Shown piece by piece: positions 1-10,094 of a DNA stretch of 32,283 nucleotides (position 1 is its first letter; every line of letters begins with the position of its first letter). The position numbers and the translations under genes are program-made. Below the pieces are notes generated by a model. It saw only the letters and a list, made by a program, of their open reading frames with translations. It was not told the origin of the DNA and made no database searches. Source of the stretch: a virus (taxonomy: Duplodnaviria; Caudoviricetes); IMG/VR virus record IMGVR_UViG_3300022862_000018, positions 1-32,283 of that record. One strand, given 5' to 3'.

Positions 1-97
1 CCTCACTACCAGGACCATACTTTTTCCTCCACAAAAGATATGAGAAGTTCCCGATGAAGCCTAACCTTTCAAAATTCTCATTACATACATAGAGCAT
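1..97 (-). CDS. Tail-associated (Tal / ReqiPepy6 Gp37-like) protein, 5' part only; runs off window
   Basis: Not in ORF track; ATG at 97 reads MLYVCNENFERLGFIGNFSYLLWRKKYGPGSE..., typical N-terminus for the gene after Dit. Confidence 0.7.
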   Translation of the reverse strand, partial: MLYVCNENFERLGFIGNFSYLLWRKKYGPGSE

Positions 98-104
98 GAT
101 TAAA

Positions 105-980
105 TTACACCCCCACAAATTGAGGCGTGAAGTAAATAGACACCTCTAAATTAGATACAAATTGGGCAGCGTCATAGCGAATCAAGTTATCACCTACATC
201 CACACTAAGTTGAATATCCGAATCGTAGGAAAGGTAATTGAAGTAATTAATTTGCTGTCCATTTCGTTCAAGAATGGCGTATTCATTACCTCTTTGAGTA
301 TTTACTGTGACAACATCACCGCCTTGTAAAGTACCTTCAATTTTGACAATACGACCAGTATCTACAACTTCTATATATGGCTCAACCACACTCCCTAAAG
401 CTGTAAACTGAATACGCAAGGGTGATGCTGTATCACTATCATTAAAGACATTGACTACATTGTTAGGCTCACGGTAGCCCATTTCAATACCGTCTCCATC
501 TGCATCAATTTCAAGTTCAAATTCAAAGGCTGCTACCCACATAGCAATTTCATATTTCTGTTCCTCTGTATACCACCATGGATTAGGGCAAAGAAATGAA
601 ATCATAAATTCAGGAATGATATGCTTACTCACAACAGGTGATTTTTCAACTCTACAATCTATATACCGAGTAACTTCACCATTCTCATATCTCAATGTAA
701 AGTGATGTTTAGGATTAAAGAAGCGAATAATCTTTTGCCGATTGATTTCTTTATCCAAGCGAATACGGCCATTAATTACAATATTCCGTTCCCGAACACT
801 AGAACCTTTTACATTGGTTCCATCTTCGTTGTAATTCTTTACATTATAGAATTCATTTTCTAAGGCCTCTAAGCCATCAGCAGTATCTAAATAAAAAGGG
901 CTAGACACTGATATTTCAAATGTCTGCCCACGATGATTATCAAATATTAATTTCTCTCGCCTTTGGAAAGACTCTATCAT
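105..980 (-). CDS. Distal tail protein (Dit)
   Basis: 291 aa directly after tape measure; FMISFLCPNPWW and GDNLIRY motifs; AGGGG RBS. Confidence 0.85.
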   Translation of the reverse strand: MIESFQRREKLIFDNHRGQTFEISVSSPFYLDTADGLEALENEFYNVKNYNEDGTNVKGSSVRERNIVINGRIRLDKEINRQKIIRFFNPKHHFTLRYENGEVTRYIDCRVEKSPVVSKHIIPEFMISFLCPNPWWYTEEQKYEIAMWVAAFEFELEIDADGDGIEMGYREPNNVVNVFNDSDTASPLRIQFTALGSVVEPYIEVVDTGRIVKIEGTLQGGDVVTVNTQRGNEYAILERNGQQINYFNYLSYDSDIQLSVDVGDNLIRYDAAQFVSNLEVSIYFTPQFVGV

Positions 981-993
981 GCTCTAACCCCCT

Positions 994-3900
994 TTAAAAT
1001 TGTAACCCCATTTCCTTCAAAGCATTTTTAGCCATTCTTGCTGACTCATATGGATCAAGTGCTTTGGGACTTGTAAAGTTCATGTGGTAATGGTTTTCTA
1101 TAGTTGAAGTAGAAGTTGTGGAGGACACAGGTGTTTGAGCAGTCGTTTCCTTACTCGCTACAGACTTCTCTGCACTACTTGCTAATGAACCATACACACT
1201 ATTCATAGCACGTTGTAATCTACTACTAGACTGCTCCATACCTTTAATTAGCCCTTCATTGATGTTTACCCCGAACCCCATTGTTACCCTTGATGGTGAA
1301 TGGATTTCTAATGCAGCAGCAATAGTGTTAGCAATGTTATTAGCGATTTCTTGTGCCTTAGCATACAAAGCATTTGCAGTTGATGAAAGACCTTCTAAAA
1401 GTCCATTTCCTGCATCTACGCCTATTTGCTTTAATGACGAAAGCTCCGATTTCGTACCTTGTGTAACAGTTTTAATTTTAGTTTGCCATTCTAAATTAAG
1501 CTTTGTGAGTTGGTCATTTGCAGTTTTTCGCATTTCTTCAATTTTTACTTGAGTATCCATTTTCATACCTGATAATTCTGTTTCAGCTTGCTCTCGCGCA
1601 AGTTGCGATTTCTCTTGATACAATGCGCTGTATTGAGACAATTGCTCATCCGTCATACTATTAAGGGCGACTAACTCAGGTAATGCTTTAACACCTAAAG
1701 CAGATAGTTCTTCTAATAATTCTTTATTAACCCCCCGACCTGAAAGCTTCTCAAATTCAGCTTGCCACTGTTTAAAACCATCAACCTGACCTTGTAAATT
1801 AGTCATCAGTTCAAGACCAGTACGGTTCAACTCAACCTTGAATTCATCGAAAGTACCAGCATAGGACTTCAAAGCCTGCTCTCTATTTTTTAAAGCGTCA
1901 GTGTATGCCTTTGTTGCTTCTTCTTCTTGTTTAATGAGGTTGTCACTAATGGTTTGGATTTTTGATTGATATTCAGAATTAATCGAGACAATTTGCTTGT
2001 TAATATCTTCAACAGCTTTTTGATATTCCTTTTGAGCAGTAATACGCTCTCTTGTACCTTCTGCAAAGAGTTCAATTGATTGCTCCCAAATTGCTGCTTC
2101 TTGTACTAACGATAATTCATCTAATGATTTTTTATCAGCAATATAGTTCTTGATTACCTCAAGATACTCTTTTTCAGATTTCTCTACTAAAGCTTTATAC
2201 TTTTTCTGAAAATCAATTTCTGATTTCATTTTATTATCTCTATACGAAGCTTCCAGTAAAGCAATCTCTTGAAGTTCCTGTTGAGTTAACTTACGTTTCT
2301 TTTTAGCAGCATTGTTTTGGATTTTGTAGATTTTTTCTAACGTCTTATCATTTTTATCCTCATTCTTTTTATTAAATTCATCAATCAAATTTGAGTATTC
2401 TTCTTGATAAGACTTAGATACTGCTAAAATACCATTACCGATATTCTCCATAGCTGCATTAACCTTTGGTGCAGATTGATTTAAACCAATTATCATACCT
2501 TCACCTGTCCACAAACCAATCTTCATAAATTCCCTTGAAGGCGAATGAATACCAAGCAACTTTTTCGCTGTGTTGACTACGCCATCCACAACACCTGTAA
2601 TTGACTCAATCGCATTTGCTGTCATGGCTGAAATACCCTTTATCAAACCATTTATAATATCCTTACCTATACCAGTAAATTGTTCTGGCAACGATTTTAC
2701 TTTCTCAATCATTCCATCCTTAATTTCATTCATTTTCTTAACTACGTTTGTCTTCATAGTAGAAACTGTATTTACAAAATTAGTAGAAAGATTTTTAACG
2801 AAATTGATAACTGATGTAACCATGTTCGAAATAGTGCTACTTGCATTAGTTCCCAAATTTTTAAAGAAATTTATTACAGATGTAGAGAAATTAGAAACTG
2901 TGGAGGACACTTTTGAGCCCATTGAGGTAAAGAATTTAGCTATGTCATCCCACATGCCTTTTAATAGACTAACACCTGTTTTAGCAAGGTTAGTGACAAT
3001 CGTTTTGATTCCACCAAAGAATGAAAGTGTCATCCAACCAACAACAAGATCAATGGCCCCTTTAAATATTTGTTTAACGCCTTCCCACATTTTTGAGAAG
3101 TCACCTGTAAATAGACCACTAAACGTTTTAATGAGACCCATTATGATGTTTAATGCACCATCTATGACTTGTTTAATGGCATTCCACACTGTTTCGATGA
3201 TGAGCTTCACAGCTGGCATAACAAACTCTATAACAGCCTTTATGCCATTAAAGATATTCTGAACTGCCTGTAAAATTTGAGCACCTTCAGTGTCCCAAAA
3301 CTGTTTGATTTGTGCTATTTTTTCTCCAATAAAAGAAGCCACTGTTTCAAATACAGTGACTGCAACATCCCTAATTGCCTGGAATACATTATTTACATTT
3401 TCCCTAAATGTCTCAGAATTTTGATAAGCAGCCACTAGGGCGACACCCAGTCCCACTATCGCAGCTACTACTAAAGTAATCGGAGAAGTTATAGCGCCAA
3501 TTATTGCTGCTAATGCAGGCCATGCGGTGACAAGTCCACCAATAGCTGGCATTAATGCAGCGAATGCACCTACTAAAATAGCGATTGTAGCAACAATAGC
3601 AACTATTGCTGAAGCTAAACCAGCATTATTAGATACCCATTCTGCGATCTTTGCCACTAACTGTGCAATGCTTGATAATAAAGGTGCAAGAGATTCTTTA
3701 AGACTACCCATTGCTGTTGATAACGTATAAGCAGGATCAGCATTGATTTTAGCGACATCATCATTCAATTTCTTTTGCATATCATCAGCTGACTGTATAT
3801 GTTTATCCATGTTAAGAATCGTATTAGCGATATTCTCTCCTTGGTCTTCCCACATTGTGCCAAAGAGCTCAACACCTAATGCGTTTCGTGCTACATCATC

Positions 3901-5319
3901 TTCAACATTCATTAAATATTGTGTCATGTCCTGAAACGCCTGATTACCTTTTTCGCCACCTTGAGCGATTGCTACACCCCACTTACGAAATTGCTCTTCA
4001 GAACCTCCAATAATTTGCAATGCATCAATCATTGAAGTTGATAAACCTGCACCCATTTCAGCAGCCTTAATACGTCCTTCCTTTAGTCCATCTAAAAGAT
4101 TATCTATATTCCATGTCCCAGTTTCAACGCCTGCTGCCATAATTCCTTGGACTTGTTTTGCATCAAATCCTGCTCTTTGAAGTTGTCCGCCATATTCAGC
4201 AATAATATCTAATTGTTCTGTAGGAAAACCAACACTTAATAATTGATTCGTTAATGCTAAAGCATCCTTTTGAGATATTTTTAATTCTTTACCTATTTCA
4301 AATGATTCCTGAATTAACTCTTTAAAATCTATCTCTTTATAAGCACTTGAAATCATTGCTGCGCCTTTAATTATCTCTTGGTTAGTTTCCATAGACGCAT
4401 CTTTATTAAGGACCATTTGTCTACGTACACCTTCATAGGCAGCTTCTTCATCTCCAATTGCGGCTGTGGTTTCCATAATAGATTGACGAACTGCTTGGGA
4501 ATCTGCTTCATTAAGATTCATGGAAATATCAATATTAGTATTTAGTTTAGATACATCTAAAGATTGTTGTACAACCCCTGCAATACCACCGCCAGCTGCT
4601 AACCCTGCAACTACACCAGATAATTCTTGACCAAATCCATTAACTGCTTCTTCAGCCTCATTAGCTTCTTGAGTGATTCTTGCTAAGTCTTGTCTTACTC
4701 CGTTTAAATCAGCACCTTCAGCTGCTCTACGTAGGGCTTCCCTCATTTGATCAATATCTACACCAGCACCTAAAGCATGTTGACCCATTACACGTAAAGC
4801 GCGATTCATTTGGTCAGTTGTGGCTGACCCATCACGAATTGCATTTGTTAAGCGTGTTCCTAATAAGTCAGCGAATTGATTGACATCAGTACCAGTGGCC
4901 TCGAAAAACGCTGATAATTCACCTGTCGTACGTGCTAATCGGTCTTGCTCATTAGCTGTGCTAGCCATTTGAGCATTGAACCGTTGCATTTGTGCTTCAG
5001 TAGTTGCTAGTTCACGTTGGAATGCCCTGTATTGTTCGGACCCTATTTCACCATTACGAAACTGTGCTTCAACTTGTGATTGAGCTTCTTTTAAAACATC
5101 TAGTTTTTGACTTGTGTTTTGAATTTGTTCTGCTAAAAGTTGCTGTTTTTGAGCAATCAATTCGGCATTACCTGGATCGAATTTTAATGCACGTTCAACT
5201 TCTCTTAATTCACTAGTTACCTTATCACTTTCTTTATTAACGTCTTTTAAAGCATCCGTTAGCCCTGTTGTATCTCCATTTAGTTCAATCGTAATACCTT
5301 TGATTCGATTGTTTGCCAT
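994..5319 (-). CDS. Tail tape measure protein (~1441 aa)
   Basis: N-terminal IKGITIEL.GDTTGL..AL, Ala/Gly-rich helical body, hydrophobic segment, W/F repeats, IHSPSR motif; start moved to ATG 5319 after AAAGGTAGGTGAG RBS. Confidence 0.95.
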   Translation of the reverse strand: MANNRIKGITIELNGDTTGLTDALKDVNKESDKVTSELREVERALKFDPGNAELIAQKQQLLAEQIQNTSQKLDVLKEAQSQVEAQFRNGEIGSEQYRAFQRELATTEAQMQRFNAQMASTANEQDRLARTTGELSAFFEATGTDVNQFADLLGTRLTNAIRDGSATTDQMNRALRVMGQHALGAGVDIDQMREALRRAAEGADLNGVRQDLARITQEANEAEEAVNGFGQELSGVVAGLAAGGGIAGVVQQSLDVSKLNTNIDISMNLNEADSQAVRQSIMETTAAIGDEEAAYEGVRRQMVLNKDASMETNQEIIKGAAMISSAYKEIDFKELIQESFEIGKELKISQKDALALTNQLLSVGFPTEQLDIIAEYGGQLQRAGFDAKQVQGIMAAGVETGTWNIDNLLDGLKEGRIKAAEMGAGLSTSMIDALQIIGGSEEQFRKWGVAIAQGGEKGNQAFQDMTQYLMNVEDDVARNALGVELFGTMWEDQGENIANTILNMDKHIQSADDMQKKLNDDVAKINADPAYTLSTAMGSLKESLAPLLSSIAQLVAKIAEWVSNNAGLASAIVAIVATIAILVGAFAALMPAIGGLVTAWPALAAIIGAITSPITLVVAAIVGLGVALVAAYQNSETFRENVNNVFQAIRDVAVTVFETVASFIGEKIAQIKQFWDTEGAQILQAVQNIFNGIKAVIEFVMPAVKLIIETVWNAIKQVIDGALNIIMGLIKTFSGLFTGDFSKMWEGVKQIFKGAIDLVVGWMTLSFFGGIKTIVTNLAKTGVSLLKGMWDDIAKFFTSMGSKVSSTVSNFSTSVINFFKNLGTNASSTISNMVTSVINFVKNLSTNFVNTVSTMKTNVVKKMNEIKDGMIEKVKSLPEQFTGIGKDIINGLIKGISAMTANAIESITGVVDGVVNTAKKLLGIHSPSREFMKIGLWTGEGMIIGLNQSAPKVNAAMENIGNGILAVSKSYQEEYSNLIDEFNKKNEDKNDKTLEKIYKIQNNAAKKKRKLTQQELQEIALLEASYRDNKMKSEIDFQKKYKALVEKSEKEYLEVIKNYIADKKSLDELSLVQEAAIWEQSIELFAEGTRERITAQKEYQKAVEDINKQIVSINSEYQSKIQTISDNLIKQEEEATKAYTDALKNREQALKSYAGTFDEFKVELNRTGLELMTNLQGQVDGFKQWQAEFEKLSGRGVNKELLEELSALGVKALPELVALNSMTDEQLSQYSALYQEKSQLAREQAETELSGMKMDTQVKIEEMRKTANDQLTKLNLEWQTKIKTVTQGTKSELSSLKQIGVDAGNGLLEGLSSTANALYAKAQEIANNIANTIAAALEIHSPSRVTMGFGVNINEGLIKGMEQSSSRLQRAMNSVYGSLASSAEKSVASKETTAQTPVSSTTSTSTIENHYHMNFTSPKALDPYESARMAKNALKEMGLQF

Positions 5320-5341
5320 TACCCTCACCTACCTTTTGAAC

Positions 5342-5373
5342 AAATAAAAAACACCTGCCAAAAGGCAAGTGTT
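5342..5373 (-). terminator. Intrinsic terminator-like hairpin between tail chaperone and tape measure
   Basis: Minus strand AACACTTGCC-TTTT-GGCAGGTGTT then TTTTATTT. Confidence 0.7.
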
Positions 5374-5593
5374 AAAACATGTCGAAATCAGCTTGTGAAG
5401 CCTTACGAACTGTTTTCTTTTCTTTTTTATTGTTTGGATTCTTTGTTTCTAGATATTCGTCAATGTAATCTAAACACATACCGAATGTCATTGTTTCAAG
5501 ATCATCATGTGTTAGCCCACATTCTTTACATAGTACTAAAAATTGTTCGGTGCTAATTTCTCCAGATGGACTATTAGTACCGTCATTCGCTAC
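5372..5593 (-). CDS. Tail assembly chaperone C-terminal extension (gpT-like), expressed by -1 frameshift
   Basis: Open -1 frame of 73 aa (VANDGTN...VRKASQADFDMF*) begins at slippery A AAA AAG just before the stop of 5590..5943. Confidence 0.85.
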   Translation of the reverse strand, partial: VANDGTNSPSGEISTEQFLVLCKECGLTHDDLETMTFGMCLDYIDEYLETKNPNNKKEKKTVRKASQADFDMF

Positions 5594-5943
5594 TTTTTTT
5601 TAGAACCTATCGTTTTTTCAAGTAAATCTTGTAATGGCTCGATAATATCTAGTATTGGAAATTCCTCAAATGATTCTAGCCATGACAATGGATCTGGAAC
5701 ATCAGTATTTGCTGTTTTTGCAAATACCCATGCAATATCGTAAAACATATTGAAATCGATGTTATCTCGCATCCAAACAACTTTTTCATTTTCTGACATG
5801 TCATCGAACTTTTTATCTGTAACGCCCATGCTTAATATATCTTTCAGCATATCGCGTTGAAATTGCATCATGTAGCGTTTTGCAACTGCACCATTTGATT
5901 TAAAGGGAATTTGTTTACCATCAATTGTTAATGTAATTTCCAT
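5590..5943 (-). CDS. Tail assembly chaperone (gpG-like)
   Basis: 117 aa between major tail and tape measure; ends TCT AAA AAA AAG TAG. Confidence 0.85.
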   Translation of the reverse strand: MEITLTIDGKQIPFKSNGAVAKRYMMQFQRDMLKDILSMGVTDKKFDDMSENEKVVWMRDNIDFNMFYDIAWVFAKTANTDVPDPLSWLESFEEFPILDIIEPLQDLLEKTIGSKKK

Positions 5944-5968
5944 CTATCTGCCCTCCACAGTTCAATTA

Positions 5969-6544
5969 TTAAGGTGTTGGTACTTCTGTTGGTTCAAATA
6001 CACTTGTATACCATGCATCGTACACAGCAGGTGTCGTTGTACCTGTAGTTGATCGTTTGACAACCCCATCTACTGTAGGAGCAGCAATGAATGATAACTC
6101 TTGTGTAGTTGGTTCTGTAGTTTCTGTTTTTGTCTCACTTGATGTTCCTGGACGGCTAACAGTAACGTTATACAATACATGTCGTGTCGCCTTTACGTCG
6201 CCATCAAATTCAAACATTAAGGCAATCGTTTTTGGCTTAGAATTCGCTGTTTCAGTAAGTACACCTGATGTTTCATCTAATTGATCGCCTAAAACATCTG
6301 TACGGAATTTTAAAGGTAGTTCAGCAGCTTCATATGTGCCTTCATAACCGTTGTTTACTGTTGTCGCATAATATACGCGATCATCTGCATAGAATTCTGA
6401 AGTTTCTCCTCGTGGTTCCAAACTTAATGACACCGCACCAGGATATTTCTCTGGTGTACCATAAGTTAATTTTCCGTCTGCTGCTTCAGTTGCTACTGCA
6501 TAATGAACGTTTTTTAAACCAAAGCGTACTTTGTTTTCTGCCAT
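5969..6544 (-). CDS. Major tail protein (phi13 family)
   Basis: NKVRFGLKNVHYA, FYADD, ALMFEFDGD, RHVLYN motifs. Confidence 0.92.
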   Translation of the reverse strand: MAENKVRFGLKNVHYAVATEAADGKLTYGTPEKYPGAVSLSLEPRGETSEFYADDRVYYATTVNNGYEGTYEAAELPLKFRTDVLGDQLDETSGVLTETANSKPKTIALMFEFDGDVKATRHVLYNVTVSRPGTSSETKTETTEPTTQELSFIAAPTVDGVVKRSTTGTTTPAVYDAWYTSVFEPTEVPTP

Positions 6545-6556
6545 CTAAATGACCTC

Positions 6557-6874
6557 CTAATTAATTAAAGTAATTGAATATGTGCATTTAAAAACTCCCT
6601 CGTCTCTGATGAATAATTCATCGTAAGACCAAGGGAGTTCGTTTTCATTTAACATATCTTCGATTTTCTTTTCTGCTGTTAAATCTTTATTGATTACATA
6701 TAGTTCAATATCAACATAATTGATTTTTGACAAAACTTTATTGTCAGCACTAAATGTGTCGCCATCCACCACTAAGTAGCAGATGAAGGGAGGCACTTGT
6801 ACTGATTTAAAGTGTGAGTAAGCTACTGGATAACCTAGTGCTACTAACTTTTGTGCTAGTTCAGGTAACGTCAT
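6557..6874 (-). CDS. Tail terminator/completion protein
   Basis: GYPVAYSHF...PPFICY...FSADN; position before major tail. Confidence 0.75.
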   Translation of the reverse strand: MTLPELAQKLVALGYPVAYSHFKSVQVPPFICYLVVDGDTFSADNKVLSKINYVDIELYVINKDLTAEKKIEDMLNENELPWSYDELFIRDEGVFKCTYSITLIN

Positions 6875-7230
6875 CCTCTGATCGCCTCCTCAACACCTTG
6901 GACAAATTCATCAATCATTTCTTCCTCGACAGGTCTAATGTGAACCTGTGCAGGCACACGACCTCCACCAACTTTTGCATGGCCTTTTTCAAGTAAATGA
7001 GTAAGTTGATATTCAATATTGTGGACGATCCATTGATTACCTACCTTTTTCGCTCTCCACCCTTTTGCATATCGATGCCTTACACCAATAGGAGAACGAA
7101 TTTTAAGTTGTCTCGCACCTTCTTTAGCGACTTTTTCAGCAACCTTTTCTATATCTTCTCCAACACCATGAGCGTAGTTTCTTAGAGTGCGGTTAATTTC
7201 AGCAGCAAGGTTATTAATATTTGTTGCCAT
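6871..7230 (-). CDS. HK97 gp10-like neck/tail component
   Basis: SP...YAKGW, YQLTHLLEKGH...GGRV...HIRP motifs. Confidence 0.85.
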   Translation of the reverse strand: MATNINNLAAEINRTLRNYAHGVGEDIEKVAEKVAKEGARQLKIRSPIGVRHRYAKGWRAKKVGNQWIVHNIEYQLTHLLEKGHAKVGGGRVPAQVHIRPVEEEMIDEFVQGVEEAIRG

Positions 7231-7231
7231 A

Positions 7232-7597
7232 TCATGACCGCCCTTCTACAACAATTGTGACAGTATTGTTCATATCATCATCATTAAGAGCACTTTTAAC
7301 ATCGTATACAACGCCATTTTGAACCACTTCAAAACTCGTATGTTCACTATCTATAAATTCAGCTAGTGATTTTGCATACTTTAATACATAACGTTTCTCG
7401 ACTTTTGTTTGCTCTCTTCCGGCATCCATTATTTCGCTACCTTTTAGCGTTTTAATCATGGCCCAATAGCGTCCGTAGTCCTCAAACGTTTCAATTTCTT
7501 GTAATAATTCATCTGTAGTCAAAGTGCGTTTACGAAGTGAAATCCGATGACGATACAAGCCGCTGTGATTGTTTTCGTTGTATCTAAACTGTTTCAT
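7232..7597 (-). CDS. Head closure / head-tail adaptor (SPP1 gp16-like)
   Basis: YRHRISL...WAMIKTLKGSE...YDVKS; start taken at MKQFRY (7597). Confidence 0.82.
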   Translation of the reverse strand: MKQFRYNENNHSGLYRHRISLRKRTLTTDELLQEIETFEDYGRYWAMIKTLKGSEIMDAGREQTKVEKRYVLKYAKSLAEFIDSEHTSFEVVQNGVVYDVKSALNDDDMNNTVTIVVEGRS

Positions 7598-7886
7598 CGA
7601 CTTCACTACTTTCGAGTGCTTTAGCAATATTCAAATTGTTAAGCTGCGTCAAAAAATTAGTGTGGAAGTATTCAAGTGCATCGTTATAAGCATAGCGAGA
7701 ACGCTCGAATACAAGCTCTTTAAAGACTTCGTGAGTGTTTATATCATAGTCACCACAAATGCGCTGTAAATCGTCGTGAGAAGCTTTTAAAATGCGTTTT
7801 AAATTATCGTCTTCATCATCACTTAGTCGCATTCTAAGTTTGAACTCTTCTAAGATTTCTTGAGTAATCACATCCACATTCATCAC
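7584..7886 (-). CDS. Head-tail connector (gp6-like)
   Basis: LEEFKLRMR...EDDNL...ELVFERSRYAYNDALEYF; exact start uncertain. Confidence 0.82.
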   Translation of the reverse strand: MMNVDVITQEILEEFKLRMRLSDDEDDNLKRILKASHDDLQRICGDYDINTHEVFKELVFERSRYAYNDALEYFHTNFLTQLNNLNIAKALESSEVDETV

Positions 7887-8077
7887 TCCTTATCTTTAGG
7901 AGTTTCTGTGACTTCCTCAATGAAGATTTTTTGATATTTATTTTTTGTAGTCGATAATTCTTCCAACCGTGCTTTAGTCGCCTTCTTGCCCTCCACAGGA
8001 TAATTATCACCGACCTCATAAATATGTCCTTCATGTTTTAATTCCTTAAAACGACGAACCACTTTATGTTGTGCCAT
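7883..8077 (-). CDS. Small conserved head-module protein
   Basis: VVRRFKE...YEVGDNYP...RLEELSTTKN...FIEE pattern common after capsid genes; start at MAQ after GAGGAGGGA. Confidence 0.7.
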   Translation of the reverse strand: MAQHKVVRRFKELKHEGHIYEVGDNYPVEGKKATKARLEELSTTKNKYQKIFIEEVTETPKDKE

Positions 8078-8113
8078 TCTATCCCTCCTCATAAAGAATT
8101 AAGACCCCTTAAA

Positions 8114-9289
8114 TTAAGGAGTCTCTGGTGCACTAGCAGTAAATTGAATGTTCAAGTCGTATACTAAAGCTGTTTTGTTATCGCGTGGACGACCATTTGC
8201 AAAACGCTTAATTGTATACAATGTCGCATCTTCAATAGCTAATGTTTGATCGAATTTTTTAAGCTTATAACCACCAGCTACTGCAGCAATGTACTCCCCT
8301 TTAATGAAGAATAACGCTTTTCCTACTGGAACCTCTTCTGACTCAACTGTTTGGATGTTATAAGGTAATGAAGTTACCCATTGTCCATTAGCTGTTTGAA
8401 TTGTGTTTCGGAATTGTACACCAATTGCATCGACTGGATTTACAACCATCACGATTTTGTTCATTACTTTTCGTGATTCACCTTTTTCATTTGTAGATAA
8501 TGCCTTAACAACATTATAAAGCTCACCTGTAACTGTTTCGCCATATTGTGAAGGAGCAAATGTTAATGTACCTGATGATGTTTTATCAGTTACAGCACCT
8601 GTATTTGCATCAACATTTTTCATTAATCCAACTGGCTCGCTATGAGCTGAACCACGGCCATTTAAATAGCCATACTCTAAACCTACTGAATATGATTCTA
8701 CTAATAATTCACGAACATAACGCTCAACCCATTCTGGCCCCAGTTCTAACATGTCATTCGGAATAGCTGCAAAAGCAGTTAGTTTTAATTGAGTAATTTT
8801 TTCTTCACGGAACGCTGTGTTTACTTGTCCAGTGATTTCACCAAATAGTTCTTTCCACGCATAAGCCTTTGTTGGATCAGAATAAATAAATTTAGTTGCT
8901 GCGCCTAAATCTTGAATACCAATTGCATCTAGTAAAGGATGAGCTTTCGTTAAATCTTGGAATACACGTTCTTGAGTTGTTTCTGGTAAAATTGTTTCGT
9001 CTTTAAAACCACCATCTTGAACAACTGCATTGAAGAATTTCTTTTCTTCAGATGTTAGAACATCATTTCCACGTGATAATAGAATTTGAGAGTCTAAACT
9101 TTTATTCGCTGCTTCATTTACAGCTTGATTTTTAATTTCAACTGTTAAATCTTCAGCCAATGCATTCATAGCATCAGTAAAAGCATTGTCGATTTGGTCC
9201 TGTGTTGAATTTTCATTATCACGAACTGTCATATATGCATTTAGTTTTTCTTTGTAATTTTCCATTTTTCCATTTAATTTAATAACCAT
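8114..9289 (-). CDS. Major capsid protein (HK97 fold)
   Basis: 391 aa after protease; LTSEEKKFFN, ILPET, NGRG...PVGL motifs; GGAGG RBS. Confidence 0.93.
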   Translation of the reverse strand: MVIKLNGKMENYKEKLNAYMTVRDNENSTQDQIDNAFTDAMNALAEDLTVEIKNQAVNEAANKSLDSQILLSRGNDVLTSEEKKFFNAVVQDGGFKDETILPETTQERVFQDLTKAHPLLDAIGIQDLGAATKFIYSDPTKAYAWKELFGEITGQVNTAFREEKITQLKLTAFAAIPNDMLELGPEWVERYVRELLVESYSVGLEYGYLNGRGSAHSEPVGLMKNVDANTGAVTDKTSSGTLTFAPSQYGETVTGELYNVVKALSTNEKGESRKVMNKIVMVVNPVDAIGVQFRNTIQTANGQWVTSLPYNIQTVESEEVPVGKALFFIKGEYIAAVAGGYKLKKFDQTLAIEDATLYTIKRFANGRPRDNKTALVYDLNIQFTASAPETP

Positions 9290-9317
9290 TTATGATTACC
9301 TCCGTTTTTTAAGTAAA

Positions 9318-10094
9318 TTAAAAGAACCTTTTTCGCTTCTTCTGGCTATCCACAGTTGATGGTGTGGCAGAAGTAGGAACAGGCTCTTGAGTTTGATTAT
9401 TTGGTTTTAAAATATTTTTCAATTCATTCATGATTTGTTGTTTCTGCTCAATTGAATTGGTTGGCTCGATTGGATCTTCTACAGTACCTTCAGCTTTAGT
9501 AGCAAAACCATATTCCACTGCTTTTTTAGCACTAAACCAAGTTTCAGCATCGACCTTTTGACGAATTTCTTCTCTACTTACATTCGCTTTTGTCATGTAA
9601 ATGTCGATAATGCCTTCTTCCAATTCTTCAAGTACATCAGCTTCTTTTCGCATTGCTGTTTTAGTGCCCCAAACAATGTTGCTAGCTTCATGAATCATAA
9701 ACATTGAACCTAGTTCCATAATTAATTCGTCTGCTGCCATTGCAATTACAGACGCTGCCGAACATGCCCAGCCATCAACATGGATCGTTACTTTTCCTTG
9801 ATGACGTTTTAAGCGATTAAAAATAGAAATGCCATCAAATGCATCGCCACCAGGACTGTTTAAGTTAATAATAATGTCATTGGTACCTGCATCTTTAATT
9901 GCCTGATCAATATCACTTGCAGAAAAACTATCGTTCCACCATGAAGAACCTATTACACCATAGATAGTGATTTCACTAGTATTTGTTTCTTCATTATGAA
10001 CAGCATTAAATTTTTGCGGGATTTCTTTTAACTGATTAACATACGATTGATTCTTAAACATTTTAAAGAAATCTTCTTTAGTCATTCCTCTCAT
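9318..10094 (-). CDS. ClpP-like (S14) head maturation protease
   Basis: LNSPGG, GWACSAAS (Ser), MIHEA (His), ETWFSA motifs. Confidence 0.93.
   Translation of the reverse strand: MRGMTKEDFFKMFKNQSYVNQLKEIPQKFNAVHNEETNTSEITIYGVIGSSWWNDSFSASDIDQAIKDAGTNDIIINLNSPGGDAFDGISIFNRLKRHQGKVTIHVDGWACSAASVIAMAADELIMELGSMFMIHEASNIVWGTKTAMRKEADVLEELEEGIIDIYMTKANVSREEIRQKVDAETWFSAKKAVEYGFATKAEGTVEDPIEPTNSIEQKQQIMNELKNILKPNNQTQEPVPTSATPSTVDSQKKRKRFF

Noticed and set aside
1890-2075. 61-aa minus ORF inside the tape measure gene
   Set aside because: Out-of-frame nested ORF without RBS
7834-8034. 66-aa alternative-frame ORF in the head module
   Set aside because: Overlaps two better-supported genes
8100-8130. 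Possible capsid read-through or frameshift into the next gene
   Set aside because: No clear slippery heptamer seen; the next gene has its own strong RBS
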